Assembly (NCBI GenBank): GCA_024137785.1
Contig: JAHRHZ010000031.1
Span: forward strand, 7,141,787 to 7,205,786
DNA from: Ginglymostoma cirratum
Lineage: Eukaryota
Direction: 5' to 3'
DNA: 64,000 nt
A program made the position numbers and the translations under genes. Positions 50,870-63,115 of the stretch are shown piece after piece; the first letter of the stretch is position 1; every line of letters begins with the position of its first letter. The notes under the pieces were generated by a model. That model ran no database searches. It saw only the letters and a program-made list of their open reading frames with translations, and had not been told where the DNA came from.

Positions 50870-52010
50870 TTCTCCTCTCACCTTAAAAATGTGCCCCCTC
50901 GTCTTGAAATCCCCCATCCTAGGAAAAGACAACTGTCATTAACTCTATCTGTACCCCTCATTATTTTATAAACTTGTATAAGGTCACCTCTCAATCTCCT
51001 ACGCTCCAGTGAAAAAGTCCCAGCCGATCCAGCCTTTCCCGATAATTTAAATCTTCCATACCCAGCAACATCCTGGTAAATCTCTTCTGAACCCTCTCCA
51101 ACTTAATAATATCCTTCATATAACTAGGTAACCAGAACTGGACACAGTGTTACAGAAGCAGCTTCACCAATGTCTTGTACAACCTCAACATGTCTTCCCA
51201 ACTCTAATACTCAAAGGACTGAGCGATGAAGGCAAGAGAGCTAAATGCCCTTTTAACCACCCTGCCTATATGTGACGCAAACTTCAAAGAATTATGTACC
51301 TGTACCCTTAGGTCCTTCTATTCTACAATACTACACAAGGCCCTACCTTTAATTGTATGAACCCTACCCTTGTTTGTTGTACCAAAATGCAATACCTTGC
51401 ATTTGTCCAGACTGAATTTCATCTGCCATTTTTCAGCTCATTGATATATTTGATCAAGGTCCCCTTGTAATCTTAGAAAACCTTCTCCACTGTCCCACAT
51501 GACCTAACTTTACTAATTAGTCTACTTTGTTCTTTATTGTCCTTCATTCTAAAGTTTAAGTAAATAATGTCTACTGCTCTGCCATCATCAATCTTTTTTG
51601 TAACTTCCTCAAAAAACTCAATCAAATTTGTGAGACATGATTTTCCTCAAACAAAACCATGGTGACTATCCCTAATCAATTTCTGCCTCTTTAAATGTCC
51701 ATAAATCCTTTCTTTTATAATCACCTCCAACAACTTATCCACAACCGAAATCAGACTCAGAGGTCTAAAGTTTCCTGGTTTCTCCTTACAACCTTTCTTA
51801 AACAAAGGACATTAGCCACCACCCAGTCATCAGGCAGCTCACCTGCAGTTGTAGATGATGCAAATATTTCTGCAAAGGTGTTGCAATTTCTTCCCTTACC
51901 TCCCACAACTTTCTGGGATACATTAGATCAAGTCCCAGAGACTTATTCACCTTTATATTCTCTAAGACCTCCTGAACTTCCTCTTCTGTAATGTTAACTG
52001 CTTCCAAAAC
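50870..52010 (-). mobile_element. CR1 ORF2 remnants (internally deleted or two fused fragments)
   Basis: ccagaactggacacagtg (reverse HCVQFW); IKVNKSLGLDLMYPRKLWEVREEIA. Confidence 0.85.
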
Positions 52011-52116
52011 ATCAAATGAACAGACGTCATCAAAGTAGTAGCTTCCAGTGACATCAGCATAACACCGCCATCTCTGCTAATCCATGTGATTTACAAAATT
52101 CAAGAGTTGTTGGGGG

Positions 52117-53170
52117 GATAGAACATAGAACCTAGGACATAGAATAGTACAGCACAGCACAGGTCTTTCGGCCCACGATGTCGTGCCGACCTATTATCCT
52201 ACTAAGATCAATCTACCCTGCATACCCTATATTTTACTATCCTCCATGTGCCTATCCAAGAGTCGCTTAAAAGTCTCTAAAGTATCTGACTCCACTACCA
52301 CTGCCGGCAGCGCATTCCACACACCAACCACTCTCTGCGTAAAGAACCTACCTCTGACATCTCCCCTACACCTTCCTCCAAAATCACCTTAAAATTATGC
52401 CCCCTCGTAATAATCATTTCCGCCCTGGGAAAAAGTCTCTGACTGCCCCACTGTGCCTCTCATTATCTTGTACACCTCTATCAAGTCACCTCTCGTCCTT
52501 CTTCGCTCCAATGAACAAATTCCTAGCTCCCTCAACCTTTCCTCATAAGACCTGCCCTCCAGTCCAGGCAGCATCCTGGTAAATCTCCTCTATACCCTCT
52601 CTAAAGCTTCCACATCTTTCCTATAATGAGGTAACCAGAACTGAATACAATATTCCAAGTGTGGTCTAACCAGAGTTTTATAGAGATGCAGCATAACCTG
52701 ACGGCTCTTAAACTCAATTCCCCTGCCAATGAAAGCCAACACACCATATGCCTTCTTTACAACCCCATCAACTTGGGTAGCAACTTTGAGGGATCGATGG
52801 ACATTGACCCCAAGATCCCTCTGTTCTTCCACACTGCCGAGAATCCTGCCATTAACCTTGTAGTCTGCATTCAAATTTGACCTTCCAAAATGAATCACCT
52901 CACACTTTTCTGGGTTGAATTCCTTCTGCCACTTCTTTGCCCAGCTCTGCATCCTGTCAATGTCCCGTTGCAACCTACAACTGCTCTCCATGCTGTCCAC
53001 AACTCCACCAACCTTCAGGTCATCAGCAAACTTACTAATCGACCCTTCCACATCCTCATCCAAGTCATTTATAAAGATGACAAAGAGCAGAGGTCCCAGA
53101 ACATATGCCTGAGGAACACCATTGGTTACCGAGCTCCAGGCTGAATACTTTCCATCTACTACCACCCTCT
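52117..53170 (-). mobile_element. Young 5'-truncated CR1 LINE with an open 191-codon RT C-terminal segment
   Basis: GVPQAYVLGPLLFVIFINDLD...SKFADDLK...QRDLGV...YKTLVRPHLEYCIQFW; (ttctatg)n-type 3' microsatellite at 52117-52145. Confidence 0.95.
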
Positions 53171-53289
53171 TGTTTGCAATTCTGTTCGAACCATCCTAAC
53201 GGATGCTGTCTTGACACAGGGATAGGTTTTGGGATTAGAAGCTTCTGTTGTTTAATTTATCTTGGGTTTTTGTTAGATAATCAGAAGTG

Positions 53290-53463
53290 GGTTGGAGGCA
53301 GGTTCCAAGGAGGCTTTCATGAGGGCATTAAATAACAAAAATGCGTAAAGATATGAAGAAAAAGCAGGAAAATGGCACTAAGTTTTCGAGCTTATTTGGA
53401 AGGTTAGCGCAGACACAATGGACTGAATGCCCTACTTCTGAACTGTAATGTTTCTGTGACTCT
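53290..53463 (+). mobile_element. CR1 3' tail remnant
   Basis: gcagacacaatggactgaatgccctacttctgaactgtaa. Confidence 0.65.
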
Positions 53464-54739
53464 GTTTGAAGCCAATGATAGTTTTGGTTTTAGTATAGCC
53501 TGAAGCTCATTGAACTGGGATAACCAAAGGAGATCAATGCTTTGTTAGGTCTGTATGTTAAGCAAAAAAAAAATACAAGCTTCATCAATCAGGGAAGGGG
53601 CCAAGCTTAATTTGGAATTTAGAAGAGGGAATTAAGCTGAAATATTTGCCCGGTTTGAAACTAGAGTAAGAAATCTGCAGTATTTACCAGATAGCTGTGT
53701 GGCAGAAAGTAGTTAACTGAGCTAATTGGGAGGATTGTGACAAGATAGATGGGTATCCATCAGCAGTCGAGCTAAGAAGTTGAGGTGGTCACAGTTGTGA
53801 GGTCTTTAACAAAATGTTGGAAGATTGCTCACTGAAAAGCTAATGGAACGATCCCCATAAATATTGTTCTTTGGAGAGAGGGGGCACATTGAACAGAAAG
53901 GAAGTGTACTTCAAATGGCTGTGACACACATATGGGTTGATCTTTAAAGAAGCAAAAAATACTTCAAGGTTTCCTAAGATTGGGGAACTTTGTGGAGCGT
54001 GGCTGAGTTTACACCATAAGTTTTAATAAATGAGAGTGTTAAGTTAGTGGTGCTTGCTTTGCTACACTCCTTATTGCCTACAATAACATTTGATTTTGTT
54101 TCAAAAACAGTGTCTTGTGACATAGTTTGTTATTTACAGGGTGTTGAGATATTTCTTTAAATATCAATTGTCCCTAAGTAGATCATTACGATCATGACAA
54201 AAAAAAGGCCTACTGTACAACTCTCCAATTACCATATGCTTATGTTTTTATCCACAAAGATCAGTTATTGTTTTGGAAGAATTTGGTAGAACTTCTCCAA
54301 TTTCCAGCATTCTGAAAATGTTGTTCTTGGTGATTCATCGTTAAATCTTCCTGAAGTAAACTAATTAATTGTACTTGTACAGGGCAGAATTAAAACCATG
54401 AATAAAACACAAAATTGGAAAAAAGAATGATGGAGGGGATATGGTAAAGATGTGACAGATGAAATTTAATGAAGAGAAGTTGCAAAGTGATACAATCTGT
54501 TAAGAAGAATGAGGAAAAGCAATATAAAATTAAATGGGGCTGCAAAGGAGCTCACCAGCTTGATCGACATCAACCCACACAAATAAATCTGCAGCACTTC
54601 TCACTAGGCGCAGATCATCTGCTGCCATGCACAAAACGACAATGGGAGCTGGAAAAGGCCCTTAAGTGGACATTAATTGGCTTCTCAGAAGGTGCATTCC
54701 ATATTCTAACCATATGTTAAGTAAAAATGTTTTTATTCC

Positions 54740-55380
54740 TGTTACCTTTGCATTAACGCCATTTCCCTTCAAACTGTGTCCGTAGTTCTTAATACTTCCT
54801 CATGGGAACAGTTTTTCCCTGTCTACTCTGCATGGACCCGTGCTGATTTTGAACACCTCTATCAAATCTTCCATCAACTTTCTCTTCATCAAGCCTTACT
54901 TTGTCCAATTTGTCCAAGTAATTAAAATCCATCACCCCTGTAAGAACTCTCATTAGTCTCTTTTGTACCTACCCTAATGCCTTCACATCCTTAAATCTGG
55001 TTCCCAGAATTGGACACAATATATCAACACCGGTGTTTTATACAGATTTCTCATACTTCTTTATTCTATGAATCTACTTATAAAGCCAAGCATCTCATTT
55101 CCTTTTTTTAAATTGCTTTTTCAACTTGCCATGTCACCTTCAAGGGTTTGTACAAGGTTTCTCAGTTCTTATACTCCCTTTAAAACTATTTCCTTTGCAT
55201 TATATTGCCTCTTCTTGTTATTTCTACCAAGCGATATTACTTTGCAGATTTCTGCACTAAATTTCATTTGACATGTGAGTGCCCTAGCTGCCAATCTGTC
55301 TTTCACCTCTTGAAGTCTAGTGCACATGCTTCATAATTCACTGTGCTTCTAAGCCTGCCATCAACTGCAAACTTTGACCC
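54740..55380 (-). mobile_element. Old CR1 ORF2 remnant
   Basis: gattttgaacacctctatcaaatct, ccagaattggacacaat (reverse YCVQFW). Confidence 0.7.
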
Positions 55381-55386
55381 AGGTCA

Positions 55387-56058
55387 GACTGGTAATTTTG
55401 GAGGGGGAACAGCGTTGCATGCGTTGTTAGGAAGCAAAGCTCTGTGCCCATCACCTGCCCATCACTCTCATATCACCACAGTAGTACAGGCAGCTGGTTG
55501 CTCGCTATCCCTGCTCTTGGGATAAATGAGCTCCTTAAGTTGCCAATTGATGGCCACTTAATACTTTATTTCTACTGCTGCTGGTATTGACCATTTCTAG
55601 GGGTGCCCACACTAGGCGGGGATAGCACCAGGCCTGAGGAGGGGTGTGGTAGCTCCCTACTGCTCAGGAATGCTATGAACAATGGGAGGCGCCACATCTC
55701 CGAGCAAAAACAGCACCCCTCACCTAAACCATCCCCTTCCCTGCCTCCCAATCTTTGTCGCTAGTCTGCTTTCTGGGATCCCCTGATGGTATTGGCTAGC
55801 AAATTTCCACAGATCATGAATTCAGGTCTTCAGCAATGCTCCTGTTTGGTAACTGATACTGACTGCAGTTCCAGTGTTAGCCAGTATTCCTGGAGAGCTG
55901 TCAACCCTCTAACTGGTGAGCAGTTCCTGAAAGTGGGACACCCTCCCTCATGAGGGCACAAATCAAGACCTTGCGCAATTAATTGTCCAAGTTATGAAGA
56001 GCTGCACTATGGCTTGCCTCATTCCCAAATTTCCAGTCAGTTGATAAGATCACAGTCT
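55387..56058. mobile_element. MITE-like element with imperfect terminal inverted repeats
   Basis: gactggtaatttt ... taagatcacagtc at the ends of a GC-richer block. Confidence 0.45.
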
Positions 56059-56332
56059 CAAAACCTACTCATTAAGTGTTTATCCTTCACACAGGACTAG
56101 TCATTCACACAGCACTAGTCCAAATGCCATTTTTCATCCCATCCCCATTATTTCCTTTACCTTCAACTATCTAACAGATTTTCTGCTTCAATTACTAAAT
56201 TCCAAGTGCTGCATCTCCTGTTCTTTTGGCTAAGCCTGAGTTGTATTCAATATTTTAGAGGGTTTCTCATTGCAAGGCTTATCAAATTCAATCATGATAT
56301 CTTACCAAACACATTTTGCTTGATTAATTTAT

Positions 56333-56647
56333 TCACAGAATCCCTACAGTGTGGAAACAGGCCCTTCAGCCCAACAAGTCCACACAGACCCTCAGGGAAT
56401 CCCACCCAAACCCATTCCCCAAACCTATCTCATCTACGCATCCCTGAACAGAACGGGCAATTTAGCATGGTCAATCCACCTAAGCTGCACATTTTCGGAT
56501 TGTGGGAGGAAACTGGAGCACCTGGAGAAAACCCACACAGACACGGGGAGCACGTTCAATCACACAGACAGTGGCCCGATGGGGAATCGAACCCAGGCCC
56601 CTGGCACCGGGAGGTAGCAGTGCTAACCACTGAGCCACCGTGCCGCC
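56333..56647 (-). mobile_element. HE1-type V-SINE
   Basis: ggcggcacggtggctcagtggttagcactgctacctc...ggttcgattcc...gggcctgtttccacactgtagggattct. Confidence 0.92.
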
Positions 56648-59157
56648 ATATTCTGTACCATGTCCCCTGTGGCATCTCTCACATTTCACTCAATCTTAAC
56701 ACAAGCCATTTCCCAGAACAACTTGTCGCTCAGTGGATATCCCAGAATTCACCAACATCTTTTGGGCCCATGCCCTCTTTCAAAGCCAGACAAGCACCAC
56801 CATGCTATCCTGCATGATGGCTGCTATTTGCCCAGGACGTGGCAGACAGGGGGAAATCAGCATCTCCATTCTGGAGCAGGCTCTTGGGGGTGGACAGGTA
56901 ATTAACACAGCTAAGGATGGATTAATGATGAGAAAAAGCATGTCCAATCAAAATACATAGTCCAATACCTGCAAGTAGCCTGGTTGAAAATGACTGAAAA
57001 TGATTCTAAAAACTATACAGGACTGTTAGCTGCCCCCTATAATATGTGCCTATCAATGTTACAAGAACCCTTCTGAAGACCCACAAAAGGACATAAAATT
57101 AGAAACTTGCAATGTGACTAATTCAATCTTGGAGCAGGGCCAGATTTGTGGCTTGATGAAAATTTTACTGTGCAAATTTTTAAACTAATGTAAATGATCC
57201 TGGAAACTTGTTTTACCCTGAACAGATTTGTGCTCAGAATGTTATCTACCACAGATGTTAACCTAAAGGCCCACAATTATCTGAGTTAGCTCTGTCTGTC
57301 TTTTTGCAAATGAACATTACATTGGCTACTCTCCACTCCTCAGGAACTTATCTACTCAAATAAAATTCTTCAGACAAAACGTCCTGGATAGTGAAAACAA
57401 TGACATTTCCTACATCAATCTGCCTTATACGAATGAATATCAAAATTTCCTGGAAGTGTATTTTAACTACTCTGCTGCAAACCTCATGGTGAATCCTCAG
57501 AAGCAGGGTAGCCAATGGCTCAATCCATTTGCATTAATAACCAAGTAATTAGGTTAATATTGAGGTGACTTGAGTGATGGAAATCTGGTTTTCAAATTCT
57601 TTCACTGTGCTGAACTTAATTAGAACCTTGTTCAAATTACTGAAACCCCCAGTTGTGGTATTCAGTCTTCAGCAACATTTTAAATGATATATATTTAAAG
57701 CCGTACATTTAGAGGGTTAAATTAGTTGCTTACACTATCTAAAAGTTTCAGACTGAACAAATTTCAAATGAAACTGGACTTGTTTTGCCTTTCTTGAGTG
57801 TTAAAATGTGGGAAGTGAGAACCAATTCTGCCTTTCATCCACAGCGTCTCTGAAGTACTGATGCCATAATGATTCAACATATAGACTTTGCTGACAGACA
57901 GCTTGAACAGTTAAATCCATTTGCAGTTACTAATGAGCGGTACAATGCCTGTTGAAGGATCACTTCTCAAAAGTCGTCAGAAACTGAGTGAAGCTTCTGC
58001 CAGTTTTTCAAAATAATATTCATAACATTTTTGTTCCAGTTTCTCCCTTTTTGCTTTCTCTGACTTGAGAATAGTTACTGATCCTTTTACTATGACTGAC
58101 AGTTCCTGCTCTAGAAAACAATCTCCCATATTGCCATGTTGGAATGTCTCCAATAGCTTGAGCTCAAAGTCACAGTTAGGAGCATTTTTTACAGAACTGT
58201 TTGTCCAAGTTGATATCTACTCTTGAAACTACCAATCTCTGCAAGGACTGCAAGTTATTGCCCCTTTTTTGTGTATTAATCTTTCCAGGATTTTTTTATG
58301 ATCTTCCTATCAAATTTATATTTTTATCTATCTAAATTTTAATTAAATTATTCTGTTCCTTCTTAACACTGCTTCTAATTCACAATCCAGCCAAATGTCC
58401 ATTACCAAAGTACAATTTTAACTCTGTCTGTTCTTCTTATGTTTACCAGCTCATTTCTTGTTCTGTTCTTCACCCTAAGCAGTTCTGTTTTACCTTTTTT
58501 TGATCCTTTTTTCAGGAAAAACAGTTGCCATTTTAATACTAGCTATTTCAGAACTTTATGAAATGACTTATAGTAGTCTCCCACTTGTGTCCCATAGATT
58601 TTGTGCTTTTCACTTCACTCTTACTATGTAATCGTTGACATTATCAGGTCTCCAGACGTTACCAGATCGCACTGCTATGCTGTTAGCACATAGGCAAGAC
58701 AACTGACCTGGTTTATACACATTAGTTCCAAATAATGAAACTACTGTCACCCCAATCTGATAGCAACCACCTGATGCACCTAAACAATATATAATGACAG
58801 CCCTTCTCAGTTTAATGTTCCAACACCTTGTAATTCTTAACTACAAACTCTTCTCTGTTTATTTGTAATGCCCTTCACTCATCCTTGTTAAGCCTCAATC
58901 TTCCTGCTTCTTTCTCACCTACAGTGTAGTCCAAGAATTTGAGTCTTACACAGAGCTATTCTATTTTCTAATCTTCGAGTACCTCCTGTCCACCAAAACG
59001 TGCTGTGCAATACTGTGCTACCTCATTACTTTTCCAAGCATCCATTACCATATACTTCTAACCCTGTTCGAAGCAGTTTACACTGAGAAATTCAACTCAG
59101 TGCTACTGTAGACAGCTGCAATAATGACATGTGTGTGGTCATTGGAATAATTTTTAC

Positions 59158-59322
59158 CTTAATATTGAAGACTTGTGGTATTGGTGCTTGTTTGTACAAC
59201 TCCAACTGATCCTTTGTAGAAGAGGCCCACAGTGTTAGCAGGCTTAGCTTCTGTTGAAACCGTGTCAAGTCCTTCAATAATTCTTCTATTTCGCTTTGTT
59301 TATCAGGCAAATTTCTTGACAC
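59158..59322 (-). CDS. DMD: Dystrophin exon 48 orthologue (165 nt, phase 0-0): VSRNLPDKQSEIEELLKDLTRFQQKLSLLTLWASSTKDQLELYKQAPIPQVFNIK
   Basis: Acceptor ttttatAG|GTG (AG at 59324-59323), donor AAG|GTaaaa (59157-59156). Peptide aligns to human VSRALPEKQGEIE...LLLWLSPIRNQLEIY...FDVK. Confidence 0.95.
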
Positions 59323-59860
59323 CTATAAAATAAAAAACACAGAAAAACTGAAGCAGATTCAGATTAGTATTTTTTAACTCAGTATAATTTAATGGAACAT
59401 TTACTTTGCTGTTGCATTTCAGAAGTGAAAGGTTTTTTTGTTGAAAATTTATGTTGCATTCAAATAATCAGTTCTTCTCCATTTCTTTTATATGCATGTT
59501 CCAGCTTGCATTAATGGCATATTACTTTCAGCCTGTTTGAGTACAACGTATTAATGATAAATCCAGCCATCCTAATCTCTGATGATGAGCCATTTACAGC
59601 AGACAATAAATCTAAAACATCAGGAGGATACCTCAGAAATAACTGTTTCCTTGGCAACAGCTGCTGCTGAGGTGCAGCAAGATTTGACAAACTGGTGATG
59701 TTAAACTGGCTGAATGCCGATGAGACCTACATTTCTGAACTGCTTTACTTACCACATATAGAACACAGTGCTCCCAGGCAAATATACAATGCTAGCTGGC
59801 AAGTGTGAACCTTTTCAGTCTGAAACCCTGTGACGATAGGTCCTATCCTGGATTGCCATG

Positions 59861-59992
59861 GGTCAGACAGCACACTCATCTGTGACAGAAGGTTTTGAGT
59901 TCACACTCCACTCCAGTATCTTGAGCAATAAGAGCGTGCTGGGCCCTCAGATGAGACATTAATCATAAGGCCCAAGTGCATCTCACATGCAT
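59861..59992 (+). mobile_element. DeuSINE 5' part
   Basis: cagaaggttttgagttcacactccactccagtatcttgagca...cagatgagacattaatcataaggccc. Confidence 0.6.
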
Positions 59993-60180
59993 CCTGTTTG
60001 TTGCCTTGACCTGACTGACCACACCATTTGCCCCCAGTGTTTCTCCACAGGCTTCCAGCTGAATGGGACTGTGCTCACCCAATTCTATTCTTATCCAACC
60101 AGTCATAGGTAGAGAATCAACTGCAATGGTTTCTCTCTCTTCCTGCCCCCGCATCTTTAGTGTCCCACAAGGAGCTATGT
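59993..60180 (+). mobile_element. L2-like RT fragment (tail at about 60790-61015)
   Basis: gggactgtgctc..ttctattcttatccaacc (GT.L..F.SY), gtgtcccacaagga (VPQG). Confidence 0.55.
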
Positions 60181-60181
60181 C

Positions 60182-60740
60182 GTAGAGTCATAAACTATTG
60201 CAGCTTGGGAAGGGGGCATTTGGTCCATCATGCCCAAACTGGCTCATCATGCACCTTTCTGCTCTAATGGCATTTCCCAGCACTTCAGCTGGTAGTCTTG
60301 TATGCAATGGCATTTCAAGTATTCATCTAAATACTTTTTGATGTTGTGAGGGTTGCCGCTTGTGCTCACAGGCACTGGAGCTCCAGATACACACCATGCT
60401 TTGGGTTACAACTTATCCTTAAATACCTTCTAAACATTTTATCCACTATTTTAAAATCAAAGGGTCCTGGTTATTGACCCCTCCGGCAAGGTGAAAGGTT
60501 ACTTTAGATCTATGCTACTTATGACCCTCATAATTTTATCAAACTCAGTCAGGTCTCAGGTTAAACTTATCTCCTGTGAAGAAAACTTGAACTCAACCTT
60601 CTGTCTTAGGTGAGTATGCTGTCTAAGCCATGGCTATCCTGCATAGCCCCGACAATAACCCAGTGAACCGCTTCCGCATTCTCTCCAATGCAATCACATC
60701 TTTCTTATAGAGTGGCAACCAGGACAACACACAGTACAGC
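60182..60740 (-). mobile_element. CR1 3' remnant
   Basis: tagagtcata...gggcatttggtccatcatgccc tail; gtggcaaccaggacaacacacagtac. Confidence 0.7.
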
Positions 60741-61231
60741 CATTTCTCCTCATCTAAAAACACAGCATTGGTTTCAAATGCATGTGCTGAGAAAAACTAC
60801 AGCTCTACACCAATATTGGATCCTCCACTGTCTCTGAATTTCCTCCCTAAACTTCTTTGCTTTTCTGTCACTCCTGCCTGCTTTAAGGCTCTCTTTAAAA
60901 CTTTACATCATCTACCCTAATACATCCATATATGGCTTAATGTCAAATTGTGTCTGCTATCATGTCTTTCATGGGATATTTAACAGCATTAAAAGTTTCT
61001 AAATAAGTATAAGTTGTCACTGATAATGTAAACAATCAAGGACAAGGGTCAGTAATCCTGGGACCTGCTGCTGTTCTTGGCTCGGGACCCCTGTTCTGGA
61101 ACCCTGGCTTGGGAACAGCAGTTCCACCAGGGGCCTAGCAAAGTGGCCCAGCTCCTGACCCAAGTACAGTAGGCCACCTAGAACATAAGGCCTGGTTACT
61201 GGGCCCTGACGTATCCCCTGTGCCAGACCCC

Positions 61232-61457
61232 GTAAAGATCCAATTGTATCGCTTCAAAGTTCTTTCTTGTATGCTGGTCAACTTTCATCCTTTGGCCAAC
61301 ATGATTAAAGCAAACTAGTTGGTCATTATCTCATTGCTACTTGCCATGCATAAAGTAGCTAGCACATTTACTCCATTATAACAAAGTACTTCAGTTACTG
61401 TAAAGTGTTTTGCAACATCCCAAGGTCAATAAACTTGCTCATTAAATGCATTTTTCT
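61232..61457 (+). mobile_element. DeuSINE 3' part
   Basis: gtaaagatcc...ttggtcattatctcattgct...aaagtacttcagttactgtaaagtgttttgcaacatccc...taaatgca. Confidence 0.7.
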
Positions 61458-61699
61458 ATTCCTATTGTGTTCTGTGATGTTTTTTCTCTCTGTCATCATG
61501 TCTTATTCATGCAAGAATTTAGAACAAAACTTATAACCAAGTTGAAGCTTATAAAAATAAAAATTAGCTCCACTATGCTGACAATGATTGAACTGGGAAG
61601 TTCTGAAGACATCTATCAGTTATAAACAGGAAAGCATTTTCACTAAATGGTTGGGTGATGTTTCATTTAGGCTTAAATTCAAAATCATGGCAGTTGTGA

Positions 61700-62047
61700 G
61701 GTGGCATGATGGCTCAGTGGTTAGCACCACTACCTCACAGCACCAGGGACCTGGGTTCAAGTCCACCCTTGGGAAATTGTTTGTGTGGAGTTTGCACATT
61801 CTCCCTGTATTTGTGTGGGTTCCCGCCGAGTGCTGCAGTTTCCTCCCACAGTCCAAAAGACATGCAGGTTTGGTGTATTGGCCACGCTAAATTGCCCAGA
61901 GTGTCCAGGGATGTGTAAGTTAGATGGATTAGCCATGGGAAATGATGGGTTACAGGAATAGGGTAGATCTGGGTGGCACACCCTTCGAAGGATCAGTGTG
62001 AACTCATTGGGCCAAATGGCCTGCTTGCACACTGTAGGGATTCTGTA
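61700..62047 (+). mobile_element. HE1-type V-SINE
   Basis: ggtggcatgatggctcagtggttagcaccactacctcacagcaccagggacctgggttcaagtcc...gggccaaatggcctgcttgcacactgtagggattct. Confidence 0.92.
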
Positions 62048-63025
62048 ATTTGATGCATTTGCCAGGAAAAGCATGGTCAAAGTTCCTTCCTCCTCGTTTC
62101 TGCACATACAGTTCAAATAGTAAAATCCAGCCAATGCCTTTATGTGTTTTCATAAAATTCCCTTAATATCAATTCAATTTTTTTAAAAATGAAGTCAGCT
62201 TGTCCTAAGTAATGTTTGAAAGCACAGACATTATTTTACAATATTGGTAACCTGCACTGCAAACATATTACGGGTAGATTGTCTGCCATCAATCCTTCTT
62301 ACTATGATTAGTTGGGCTTCTGATACCAAGGGTAGGAAGGATGAATACACCACATAAAGCCCATGTGATGTATTCAGCAGAAGATAGGTTCAGTCTTGAT
62401 TAAACAATCAAGGTTTATTACATATTACCTAGTAGCTGGTTACATTAATCATAGATGCATGGTTGCCTCTTGCAACAAAGCAGCTTTGACTTAGGAGTAA
62501 ATACGCATTATTATTTTAGTACATGTAGCTAACAATCACTGATGTACTCACAGCTCAAAACTCATGGAGAATTCCCACTGAAGAATTCCTTAGGACACAA
62601 TAGCATTCAACAGAGAACAGAACACTGGTTAGATCCTCCTAGGAACAGTCTTTTGTATCCTGATGGATGGAATTTATCTTGCAATACCAGCTAACTCTTT
62701 GAGGCATTAACTGTCTTCTACAACAATATTGACATGCAATGGACATAATGCCTGAGGTTAAAAATAGACATTGCAATTGGTATGCTGTACGAGAGAAAAG
62801 TTCTGATTGGATTTGAAAATAAAAGGTGATTAAATCAACTGTACAGCTGACTGCAAATGATAATTGGAAATAATTACAAATTACAGATATTCTACACAAT
62901 TAGGATACATTTACAGTTAGGGTTTACCACTTTTCAAATTGATATGGAGAATAATTAAACAAAGAATACTGAACTCAAAACAGTCTCAGAGGTGAGATAC
63001 AGTTCTGACCAGATACAATATCCAC

Positions 63026-63115
63026 CATAGAGTCATAGAATACCTACATTGCATAAAGAGGCCATTCGGTCCATCGAATCTGCACCAACCCTCCCAAAAG
63101 CATCCCACCCAGACC
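63026..63115 (-). mobile_element. HE1/CR1 3' tail fragment
   Basis: catagagtcatagaa...gaggccattcggtccatcgaatctgcaccaaccctcc. Confidence 0.7.

Noticed and set aside
56206-56817. 203-aa ORF
   Set aside because: Mostly the antisense reading of an HE1 SINE; no domain or splice support.
59092-59322. 76-aa ORF as a standalone gene
   Set aside because: It is exon 48 plus intron read-through; the 'start' is the GTG at the splice acceptor.
19097-59322. Utrophin or DRP2 identity
   Set aside because: Exon sizes, phases and peptides (e.g. MPSSLLMDVPALADFNKAWVELTDWLSLLD) follow dystrophin exons 48-51.
61700-61775. tRNA genes (also at 27785, 38450, 56575, 11900)
   Set aside because: A/B boxes are present but run straight into SINE bodies; no complete cloverleaf was seen.
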